Shown here piece after piece: positions 52,593 through 64,000 of a stretch of 64,000 nucleotides of DNA. Origin of the DNA: Syncephalis fuscata S228 (taxonomy: Eukaryota; Fungi; Zoopagomycota). The number at the start of each line of letters is the position of its first letter. Within the stretch, counting starts at the first letter, position 1. Made by a program: the position numbers and the translations under genes. The stretch is from positions 310,001 through 374,000 of the forward strand of contig JAHLTZ010000008.1 of assembly GCA_025786725.1 (NCBI GenBank). Direction: 5' to 3'. Below the pieces are notes generated by a model that had not been told where the DNA came from, did not search any database, and was given only the letters and a program-made list of their open reading frames with translations.

Positions 52593-53788
52593 ATGGCTAT
52601 AATATTGTCAAATGATGAGTATTTCTACACTTACTATGGAATCACGCGGGTAGTAATGAACGTATTTGCCGGGTTCTATATTGCTATATGTGTTGGTCAT
52701 ATGGGTCTTTGTGCATATCGAAAGTCATGGGCTCACGGCTGCTATAGCTTTGCGTATCTTTGTAAGTAGTTATAAGTAATTAAAGCTAGTTACCGTCTTA
52801 CTAACTATTCGATATATCCATTATAACATAGTGAATGGTACCTTTTATTTCTTAATAACCAGCGACAATGCTATTAGATTTCTTGGTGAAATAAGCGATT
52901 TAATGCTTCTGGGTTCTTTGACTTGGCTAATAATACAGTGGTAAGTAATGAGTCATTTATTATTCTATAAATGGACACATTTACTAATTGGGTTAATTAA
53001 CTTTAGGACACACGTCATGAGGCCTATTATACGTACATCAGCCAATATTATCAATGCTTTGTCTCATTTTATTATGATAATAATAATTATTCGTACAGCC
53101 ATGTCGCTTATTCTGTCAACTAGAACAACTTTTAAAGAATTTTCGCCTATTGAACTTTTTTTGGCTAGTTACTGGATACAGTTTCCCTACCATGCTATAA
53201 TGCTTTTATTATCTATCTGGGGATTTTTTGCATGTCCCAAGGAAGCACAATATACAGGCTGTGATATTAAACGTTGGGTAAGCTAAATAACATTACACAT
53301 ATATATATATATATAGGTATATTAAACTAATAGTTGATTAGCAAATTGGCATGCTGGCTATAATGTGGTCTGCTTTACTTCTTCAATTAACATTTGGCTA
53401 TTTTAATGAAACAATCTATGGATATTACATAATGCTAATTATTATTGGCTGTATTCCATTCTATCCTCGACATACGCTAAATGGACATTCTATACCGCCT
53501 GGTAAAGAAAATGCATTGTCTGGATCATCAGTGATGATGGCAACAGTATCGCCATCAATGGTTTATACTACGGCACCTGTATATTCGCCTTATGCACCAG
53601 TGGGTTTAATGGCACCGCAACAGCAACAGCAACAATATTCAATCCAATATGCTCCAGTATCAATTTATCCTGCGCATGGACAACCTATCGTTCAAACATC
53701 ACCAGGAGCAATGGCACCAATATCACAAGCTTATCCAGTTCATGTTCAAGTAGCACAACAGCCACAACAATATTCTTATCGATCTTAA
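52593..53788 (+). CDS. Multi-pass (about 7 TM) membrane protein with Pro/Gln/Tyr-rich cytoplasmic tail, copy 1
   Basis: 4 exons, hydrophobic helices, tail PVYSPY...QQQQ...YP. Paralog at 56835. Confidence 0.75.
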
Positions 53789-54557
53789 TATAGTGATGCT
53801 TAGTTTATTTATAAATTAATAATAAAAAGTGTTTTTTGGGGTCAAATGACTTTTATTATATACCTTTAATTTTTTAATATACTGACTATTTACTGAAAAT
53901 ATATTCTATGATAATGAGTAGTTTTGATGTCAATGACATAATCAGTATTGGTTTGCTCATATTAACAACATACTATACAATCTACGTCATTACACTTTTC
54001 TTTCTATTTTTATATTTGACAGCATATATCTATGATATACATTACTACATTCCATATATGCTAATTAGATAACACCAGTAGTTAACTGACTACTAGTCAA
54101 GTGCCGACATCTACACTATGGTTTATTGCTATTATAATAAATAAACGATAGTAATGTGTTTAATGGAACGAGTGTCTAGTTTATTAACATCAACAAAACT
54201 AAATAAAATCATTGGCTAATTAAATAACTTGTATTATTATATTAATATTTACAAAAAGAATATTCATATCCAATTGCTAAATGAGATAGTATATATTAAT
54301 ATTAATACAAAACAACATTATTGTAATAGATAGATGATATGAATATGATGATTCATAGTGAATGGAGCATTGACCCAAAGGTTTAAGGCCTTTGAAGATT
54401 ACGCATCATATATGAATGTTACTCAAAATACACATTGTCTATATGTTCATTATAACTACGCATTATGATCATCTATTTTTTAGTAAAGTATTATTGATAT
54501 AAGTAGTTTTTGACAATCTAGCTATTGTCCTTTTCTTGTCTTATTTACTTATACACA

Positions 54558-56206
54558 ATGATTTATATTCCTATACTTGTTATTGAACGTGTTGCCGCAT
54601 TTGCCGACAGCGACTCACTTGTTCTGCTTTCATGCTGCAGTAAATGGCTGCGGTATTGCGTTAGCCAACATAACAATGTCTGGCATCAGCGATATAGACA
54701 GTATTACAATCTTGCTGACGGCAACGAAATAAAATGGCTAGCCTGGTATGTGAAGACAGTGCGTGCATCGAGACTGTTGACATTACAAACCAAGAAAACA
54801 GTTAGCATTACTCAATTGAACAATCAGCATATCGAATGGTTTCATGCATTTTGCTATCGGCGTGCTACTGATGCAAACTGGCTTAATGATACGCCATATT
54901 TAGTTAAGGATTTAGTGGAAAAAGAATTAAATAGCACACGTTCTGTTGTATTGGAACGAATTACTTATCATCATCCTAAGCTGCGACAATGTTTTATTGC
55001 TGAGCAGTGTCAGCCAATAAGAGAAATAGCTACTAAGCGATTTTGGCGCTTGCGTAGATTATTCCAAGATGACGCAAATTGTAAATCTCAGATACTTCAA
55101 TTCTTAATATCAGATAGATTTGTGGTAACTATTAATAGACAAAAAAGTAGTGCAAAAGCTGTTCATGGAAAAATACATACTATTTCTATCTGGCCAGTAA
55201 ATCGAGTTTCAATCATGCGGCCCCGCCAATTTTCCTGTTCATACAGTACTGCAAGTATTTGTGGTCGCTGGATAATGATTAATAGTTCAGAAACAACAGT
55301 TGAAGAGACGAATATATCCAATATAATAACAACTACTCGCGTTTTTGATCTTGCTAACGGTCAAATGTGCATGGGCACTGTTGCAACTCATCAAGGAGAG
55401 ACCTTTTTATTGAGAACTACTGAAGAGACAGCAACCGTATTTAGTAGAATATTGCAGCACTCAGACACTACTACCACGCTCAAATGGAATGTATGGGAGT
55501 TTTCAAATTGTCATTTAGGATATGGCCCGCGCTGTCTAATGCAAGGAAAGCTTTGCTTTGAAAACTTGAAGGTTTTAAAACTACTGTTAAAAAACTGGAT
55601 AATAATCGGGTTTTAGTCGAACATAATTCCCCGTTTAATGTTAATACGTTAAACGAAAATAGAGAAGATGAAATAAGATTGGCCATGATTTCAACAGAAT
55701 GCGGCTATTCAAATGCTTGCATTAAAGATGTAAAGCCCATCTGGACACGTAGCGATTGTCTTTATGGCACGATACCACTATTTGGTTCTAACCGCATTCT
55801 TGTTATATCTGAAAGTGGATGGACGATTTGCAGCTCAATTGATGGCACTATAATAGCACGCATAGATGTAGAAAATTTAAGCTTAATGCTTAAAGTACAA
55901 CATCTGCTAGATATAGATAGGTATAATGATCTTCTTTCATTATTTATGGGAAGGTTTATTCTTTACGACACCAAGGAATACGGACTTACAGCAGTAGATT
56001 TAGCTCATCCAAATCGTACTAGAAATGTGGGCATAACAAATTCAGAATATTTGTATGAAACATGTGAACGTCGAAGTATTATTGCAAAATTTGAACACCT
56101 AGCTAGAGGTCATTTATTAAGTGATACATTTAGCACAAAAAATGCGGCGTTAATAATGGATGGCAAAGACTATAAAATAATAGATTTGTCAGTCTATGGT
56201 TATTAA
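54558..56206 (+). CDS. Intronless F-box-like protein (split by an apparent 1-nt deletion near 55562)
   Basis: N-terminal IPILVIERVAAFADSDSLVLLSCCSKWLR...VW (F-box-like), then WFHAFCYRRATDANW and a beta-rich region. Adding one A joins ORFs 54525-55616 and 55679-56206. Confidence 0.72.
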
Positions 56207-56293
56207 TATACTTTGTTTTTGGCATTCGTTAAACAACTATTTAAGTTGATAAACACAGCGTATAGTCATTGCAACTACAAAAATAGATAATTA

Positions 56294-56311
56294 AGTGGTT
56301 TTAATGGCACC

Positions 56312-56343
<32 letters not shown>

Positions 56344-56522
56344 GACAACAACAACAGCAGCAACAGCAACAATATTTAATTCAATATTCTCCAGTATCAA
56401 CTTATCCTACACATGGACAACTTATTGTTCAAACATCGCGAGAAACAGTATTATCAATATTATAGGCCTATTCAGCCCATGTTCAACCAGTACAACAATC
56501 ACAACGATTTTATCAGTTTTAC
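56294..56522 (+). pseudogene. Orphan 3' remnant of a third copy of the multi-TM gene (tail only)
   Basis: agtggttttaatggcaccgcaacagca...ccagtatcaa.ttatcct..catggacaa...gttcaaacatc aligns to 53599-53788. Confidence 0.8.
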
Positions 56523-56834
56523 TATATTGGTGTTTAATCTGTATATTAATTAATAATAGAAATAGCACTGCAACATTTTAATGTGTTTTATCAATATTTA
56601 TTACAGTATGAAATTAATAAAAGCAACGACAACAGTAAAATACTACAAAATATATCGAAATTAAATGATAATTTAATATAATAGCTATAAATACGTGCCA
56701 AGTTATCATGCCATGTGGCCAGGCTGGCCTTTATTAGTATAAACCAGAGCTTGTTCAGTTGATACGTTGCTCGGCATTGTCTTTTTCTCCTCTTTCGTAT
56801 TTGGTTATTATTATAGTAATTAGTTCTAGTTATA

Positions 56835-57783
56835 ATGGAGTCAGATGATGAATACTTTTACACTTACTATGGAATCACTAAGACGGCAGTAAATATATTT
56901 GCCGGGTTCTATATTGCCATATGTGCTGGTCATATCGGCTTTTGCGTATATAGAAAGTCCTGGGCTCATGGTGCCTACAGCTTTGCATATCTTTGTGAGT
57001 AGTTATAAGTAATTAAAGTCACTTATTTACTATGAATAAACTAATGTATTTATTATAATTAGTGGCTGGTATTATAAATTTCATAATCTCTCATGATAAT
57101 GTTATTGGATTTCTTTCTGCATCATTTTGTTTAATGTATATGGGTTCATTAACATGGCTAACAATACAGTGGTAAGTAATGGGTTAGTGATCATAGAATT
57201 ATGTACATTGACTAATTGGGTTAATTAACTTTAGGACACATGTCATGAGGCCTAGTATGCACACATCTGCCAATACTATTAATGCTTTGTCTCATTTTAT
57301 TATGGTGGTCATTGTTATTCGTGCAATACTATCGCTTGCTATTTCCATCAGAACAGCTCTTGAAGAAAACTCACCCGAGGAACTATATTTAGCCGCCAAT
57401 TTTCTACACTTTCCTTGCTGCTCTATAATGCTTTTATTATCTATCTGGGGATTTTTTGCATGTCCCAAGGAAGCACAATATACAGGCTGTGATATTAAAC
57501 GTTGGGTAAGCTAAATAACATTACATATATATATATATATAGGTATATTAAACTAATAGTTGATTAGCAAATCGGCATGCTGGCTATAATGTGGTTTGCC
57601 ATACTTCTTCAATTAACATTTGGCTACTTTATTGAAACAATCTATGGATATTACATAATGCTAATTATTATTGGCTGTATTCCATTCTATCCTCGACATA
57701 CGCTAAATGGACATTCTATACCGCCTGGTAAAGAAAATACATTGTCTGGATCATCAGTGATGATGACAGCATTAGCACCATGA
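56835..57783 (+). CDS. Multi-pass membrane protein, copy 2, truncated before the PQY-rich tail
   Basis: Same 4-exon structure as copy 1. TCA>TGA at 57781, followed by a degenerate tail sequence to about 57990. Confidence 0.72.
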
Positions 57784-59571
57784 ATGGTTATTCTGTAATA
57801 CCTGCATATTCGCCTTATGCACCAGTGGGTTTAATGCCACAGCAACAACAGCAGCATCCAGTTTAATATGTATCAGTATCAGCCTTTACTGTACATGAAC
57901 TGCCTATTGTTTAAACATTGCCAGGAGCAATGGTACAAACACCACAAATCTATCCGATCGATGTTCAAGTGGTAAAGCAGCCATAATAATATTTTTATCA
58001 GTTCTAATATCATAACATTTATTACATCTATAAATCAATAAATATAGCACCAAATCATTTAATAATCTAGTATTTATATAACCTTTTATTACACACATGA
58101 AATCAATACAAATCATAATAATAATGTAAATTATAAAATACACAAATCACAATAAACTACAAATCATAACATTAATATTAATAGTGCTGATTGTGTAGTG
58201 GTGGTGATCATGGTACGTGGGCATCCTTCCCCTTTTATATGCCCACACACTAACGGAACCTACTTTTTAACCATCACTACAACTGTATTCCCTTTATTTA
58301 CCGTTGATTACTTGTATTCCCTTATACAGGTTGGCTTATAATTTGTGCTAAGGTAGGTGTATAAACACGCAGCAGACTGGCAGTAGAGCTTGTTTGTTGG
58401 CAGTTGGCGGCGATGCTTTGTTCTGCCACGCCATATACATATACCCACCTATACGCGCGCGTGTGCGTTCTGATACACACGTGCCAACACTTACTTTTTG
58501 TTTCCTTTTCGGTTGTTTATACGGATCGCGTTTAGAAGTTAAGATTACACCAAAGCGACAGTAGATTCGAAAGACTACCTGTTTACTTGTTCCGATTCAC
58601 CGAGGGTCTTTTTAATCTTGCTAGCTTGCACTCAACGCTAAACCATACGCACCAGTCTCCAAGCGGTGTAGGACGGTGTATATAGGTTGGTGTATGCTTA
58701 CTAGCGTGTCTATAAACCGAGTTGCCGACATCATCGTAGGCAGTTTAGCATATAAACACTTCAAGTTTAAGCACGCCATCGCAACTGGCCACCTATTCAT
58801 CTGTGTATACTGTTTGCTATACAAGTTGTACACACCGTAAGTAATGATTCTGTTTGTTTAAGCGATGATGTTAGCTTAAGTACGAATCGTTTGTTTGTTT
58901 GTTTGTTTATTCATATGGTAAACAAATATAAGGAAATGTCTAGTACTTTAATTGATGTTATACAAACGATTGTCATCAATGACTAGATGTCTAAGCATGG
59001 CTTAGTTATCTATCTATTTGGCTGTATTAGCGCTCAATGATTGCGCCATTTGATTATTTGTATTTGTATATGCATAGTCTTAGTATAACTATTGTTTGAT
59101 TGGCCAAATGGTCAATGTCATACTTGTTTATAGATAATTGACTAAGATCTCATGGTCAACATGGTGATAAAGGGTAGCGCGCCTTTTGTTTTCATAATTG
59201 ACACGTCACTGAAACACACAGACCCGCACTCGCATATATACGCACGTGCACGTACAGATCATGACAATAATAGTGGGATGTTAATTATAGTGTTTAAAGA
59301 GAGTAGTTGTAGGATGGTGACATGTTTTTACGTAGTATTTTTATTAATTTATTAATCCATTAATTATTTTCGTATAAATATTATATAGTGAATTTTGTAT
59401 TTGATACGTTAAGCGGCCTTTATCAACCCGTTCAAGTGGGATGACATTTGTGGCAACTTCTATTCTTTCACAATCCAATAATACAACTATAACCGGTATG
59501 CTAGATAATACAAATGCTTTTGATGATATTAGTTGCTAAATTAATGATATGACCGCACTATAGAACGTGCA

Positions 59572-62500
59572 ATGTTGGATGGAGAGGCAACAGCTAGCAC
59601 ATCCATGACATCTAATTCTAGTCATTCAATACAGGCAAATGGGCCTACTACCACTACCGCCGCTACTACTGCGAATAACACTTCAATTCAAGAAGCTAAT
59701 GGCGATACTACTATAGCCACAGCAGCTGCATTACCAAACACTAGTATTGAAAATACCGTCAACAAAACCCCCGCAACTGCACCGTCAGGACGACGTCGAG
59801 CAGCGGCAGCGGCAGCAACAGCAGCAATCACGCAACAATATTCATTACTGCCTTCAACACAAGCTGCCGTAACGATAGATGGTTCAAAAGCTGTAATATC
59901 CAACGAAACAGCCGCATCCAATTTAAATATTGAAGAATCTAATGACGTGTCTACATCGTCAAAGCCACAGTTAACAAATCGACGCGGCGAACGAACACGC
60001 GATCGATCCAATAACACTGCCTCGATTTCAGCCGAGATGGAAACAACTCGTTTACGCAGAAGGCGTAAAACTCAATCACAAGTATCGGCTGTTGATGCTA
60101 AAGAGGAAGAAGAAGAAGAAGAAGAGGAAGCAATTGCTACCGCTGAAGATACCGATTTAGATGATGATGTAAAGTCCAAACCAACAACAGATCGACGCAA
60201 ATCAAGGCGCGCTGCATTAAAACGCTTGCGTGAAGAGGATGAAGAAGAAGCTGCACCATCAACAGCCGATGAAGTTGAAGATGAGGCGCCTGTCCGTACA
60301 CCTAGTCGTCGTACAGTTCATGCTAATAAACGACAAAAGACTAGAAATGCCGATACACCACGTCGATTGGGACGTCCACCCAAATCATCCTATTTATTAG
60401 ACGAGGAAACGGCATCACAAGTTACTACAGATCGAGACGATAATGACGATGACAATGAAACACCCGCCACACCTACACGACGTACACCTTCTCGTCGTGG
60501 AAGAAAAGCAGGTCATGTATCAGCCTCACATTCACGAACCAAAAGTGATAAAAAGAAAGGCAGTCACACTCATATTGATGATAATGACGATGACAATAAT
60601 GATAACAACGACAAGAATGCGAACGACGAGGATATGATTTATGAAAAGGAAGGTTTAAGACCAGATGGTGAATTAGACACAGAAGGCGAGAAGAAAATTG
60701 ACCCAGACGGCAAATTATTAGACGGTATGATACTTTAATCAATTACATAGAAAATACGTAGTAATTAACGTAATAATAATAACCATGTTAATAATAATAG
60801 GAAGAGAATATGACTTTCCGGTATTTACTTTACCTACCCGCCATCCAACACGTCTTTATGCGATGTCAATCACTATATCGCGCTTACTTGGCTACCGTGA
60901 TAGCAGCCGTATGTTTGTTGCTAATCCCAGCTTATATCGTATTTCATCAACTCAACCAGAGCGTGACCATATGGTGGATATGGGTCTGATTCAGCCACGG
61001 TTACGTCTACGACCAATTAATGTTATTACGGCACGTGGTCTATTCCGTCAATTTGGTCATCTAGCTCTAAAACGTGGTCGACCCGTTCATGATGACTATT
61101 ATTGCACTGGATTACCACCACCTACTGCAGCAGAAGAAGCCTGTGCTATCGCTGAATGGGAAGAACGCCATCGAATGGCTAATGGAGAAGCAGTTGATAC
61201 TGCAGGCCATCACCATGGCGGTAATGCAGGGGCAGCAGATCGTACAGGAATAACAGGTGGTAATACAGGTGGCGGTGCAGGCGGTAATGCCGGCAATGCT
61301 AGTTTTACTCGTACATTACTGGTGGGTGGTAAGCCTACGAGTATAATAGCCACAGTAGCCACCGCATTAGCCACAGGTGCATCCATTGATACATCACCTG
61401 ATAGTCATCCATCGGGAACAACGTCAATAGCAAGAGTTGCATTTGATCCAATTCGCTGGATTGTACACTCATCAGGTGATGCAACTCAGTTTAATAAGCA
61501 ATTAAACCTTCAACGTCGTACAGCTATTTCAACCTTTTTTGACGCCAATACTGGTCTATCATTGTTGCCAGGCAATACACAACCTACCCGATGTGCAATT
61601 GAAACAATATCAATGTCATCGTCAAAGGATAATTACTTGGAAGGCAGTGTTGATAGTGGCGAACGTTGGCAATGTAAAGTTGAAAAAGATATTTATTTCA
61701 GAGATAGTAGATTAGAAAAAACTACCAAAAATGATGAGACTGCTCATCATTATCCAGTGGCGGTTGAATTGGGCCAGTATCAAAGTGGTATTCCAGTGTA
61801 AGTAATATGAGCATTTAATAAACAGATGCTAATATACTATTATAGATATCAAAAGCGATTCCATCCACCAGGTGTAAGATCACCACCTAAACGTATATTC
61901 CAACGTTTACCGCCCAATATGATGTCAATGGCACAAGCATCTATGATGCTACCAGGTGGTGCAATCTAGTAGGATTACCACAGCAGCAACAGCAGTTGCA
62001 GTTACAACAACAACAACAACAACAACAACAGCAACAACTACAGTTGCAACAACATATGCAATTACAACAACAACAACAACAACAACAACAACAGCTGCAA
62101 TTGCAACAGCAACAACAACAAATGATGTTAATGCAACGAGCAGCTGTAAATAATGCTTTACAACAACAACAGTTACAACAACAGCAACAGCAACTTTATT
62201 TACAACAACATTTGAAAACAAGGCAGTATGCCGAACAACAAGCTTATGTTAATGCGTTTTCACAACAACAGCAACAGGCAGCCGGCCTAGCTAATGCAAC
62301 CAATTCACCTATGGCTGCTTTACAAAATAAGCAGTTATTAATGCAAATTCAACGTATGCAATCAGCCAACTTACTAATGCAGCAACAAAATGCCACATCT
62401 TCTATGGTAATTATTCATAGTAATAACACTAATTAATACTAATATGTTACTATTTAATAATAGACACCCAATAAAGGAGGACTTGGCATTATGACACCAA

Positions 62501-64000
62501 CGATAGCTACACCCACAATGTCAGTCAAAGATGAACAACGATACTCGCCACGTATCATTCCATGTGGTATTGTAGCAGCCAGTACAGGAGAACCTTGTCG
62601 TCGTCCTGTCAATCAACTAGGTGACGTATGTCGACTTCATTACCGATTCCAACGAACACCACAACAAATTGCGGCAATGGAAACAGCTGCATCTAATACA
62701 GCATCGACAGCAACACCACCTATTGCATCACCACCACCGGCCACTTCAATGATACCATTGGGTGCTTCAATGCCTCCTACACCTCAACAGGCATTAATGA
62801 TGGGTCAGCCACAGGTAAATGTCGATTATACATGTTTAAAAGCTAACTAACAATACTATATCTGCACTGTTCCATTAGTCAAATACGTTTACTTGGAAGG
62901 TTAATGTGCCATCGGCCAAAAGACCATCTAACTTTATTAATCAGCAATTATCACAAACTTCCATGATGCATATGATGAATGGTGCAGCTGGACAAATGAA
63001 TCAATTACCCGCTGATATTTGTCCATTCTGTGGCATGGACGAGTCACCAGTTGAAGATGATGAGGAACAGTTAGGCAATAGAGCGGTAACGGGCAAAGAT
63101 CGTGTACGTTGTGTGCAATGTCGTCGATCTCATCATTTATTGTGTACACATCTGGATAATGCCACGGTAGCTGCCGCCGTTAAAAGCTATCCCTGGCAAT
63201 GCAATGATTGTAAAACGTGTGTTGTTTGTAAAGAGGCCGGCGATGAATCCGAATTATTAATTTGTGATGGATGTGATCGGGCCTGGCACATGGGCTGTTG
63301 TGATCCAGCTGTAAAAGCATTACCAGAAGGTAAATTACTATTTGTTATCTAATTACATACTGATTACTAACTATTATTTACCATTTACCATTTAATATAC
63401 AATTACTTTTACACCATTTATTTTAGGTCGTTGGTATTGTGGATTATGTGCACGATGCCATAGTTGTTCTTTAAGATCGCGTAAATCACATGAACGAGCT
63501 ATGACATTATCATCGGATGCATTCCATCCTACAACTATGACCAAGGCAGGTACTGAAGGACGTGAAGTATTTGTGACCATGTTTTGTAATTTATGCCATC
63601 GTGACTATGAGGCTGATCGTTACTGTCCTGTATGTATTGAGACATACCACGCACCATCAACACAAAGCTCGCCAAATGGATCGGTAATTGGTGAAGGTGA
63701 AGAGGCAGCTACACCAGTTATTAATGATGTTGAAACGAAATCAGAATCAGTACCGGCATCAGTAACGGCATCAGCATCGGAATTGGTACCGACATCAGCA
63801 TCATCACGTCCACAAAGAACTGTCTCAAAGCTAACTAATGAACAAGTAGCAAAAGCATTAGCAGAAAGCGATGAAGATGACGAAGATGACGACGACGGCG
63901 AAGATGACAATGACAATGGCCCAACAAACAAGTCAGCCAATGAAGGAAGTCTATTACCACAACGAGGTCGTCCACGTAGATCACGTCTCCCACCACAACG
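59572..64000 (+). CDS. Rsc7/Swp82-domain chromatin remodelling subunit with PHF10/BAF45a-like SAY motifs, poly-Q tract and tandem PHD fingers (3'-partial)
   Basis: DTEGEKKIDPDGKLLDGREY..F...LGYRDS...TARGLFRQFG...DDYY (CRC_subunit); FNKQLN...FFDANT; YPVAVELGQYQ; WQCNDCKTCVVC...LLICDGCDRAWHMGCCDP...PEGRWYC. Confidence 0.88.
61981..62280 (+). repeat. CAA/CAG poly-glutamine coding repeat
   Basis: Long CAA/CAG runs inside the PHD protein exon. Confidence 0.9.

Noticed and set aside
57781-57783. In-frame TGA read as selenocysteine
   Set aside because: It aligns to Ser (TCA) in the paralog, not Cys, and the downstream sequence is frameshifted and decayed. No SECIS was recognised.
1-64000. tRNA/rRNA genes, CRISPR arrays, U12-type introns, intact transposons
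   Set aside because: By eye I found no cloverleaf or T-loop consensus, repeat-spacer array, RTATCCTT donor, or transposase/RT ORF.

Overview
Eukaryotic, AT-rich, gene-dense DNA with about 28 protein-coding genes and many short (about 45-100 nt) spliceosomal introns. Gene content (velvet factor, Ral-type GTPase, Rsc7-plus-PHD protein, intronless F-box gene, secreted kinase-like protein) indicates an early-diverging, non-Dikarya fungus. It resembles a Zoopagomycota parasite such as Syncephalis, but that is inference only. Housekeeping genes include an Avt3/4 transporter, an SOD-like mitoribosomal protein, NDUFC2, POLD4, Trm11, Opi10/Hikeshi, RasGAP, Bir1, PFK2/FBPase2, Dbp3 and eIF1AD. Between them are lineage-specific genes: three tandem secreted ricin-B/beta-trefoil genes, a signal-peptide pseudokinase, an RBR E3, and an F-box gene sitting inside a duplicated multi-TM receptor-like array. 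Splicing oddities read directly from the sequence are a 3-nt microexon that builds the catalytic DPPY motif of Trm11 and four GC-AG introns. The last gene joins the fungal Rsc7/Swp82 domain to animal PHF10-like SAY motifs and PHD fingers. Five genes carry single-base homopolymer deletions that are probably assembly errors. No tRNA, rRNA, CRISPR array or intact transposon was recognised. Gene coordinates span introns and were assembled by eye.
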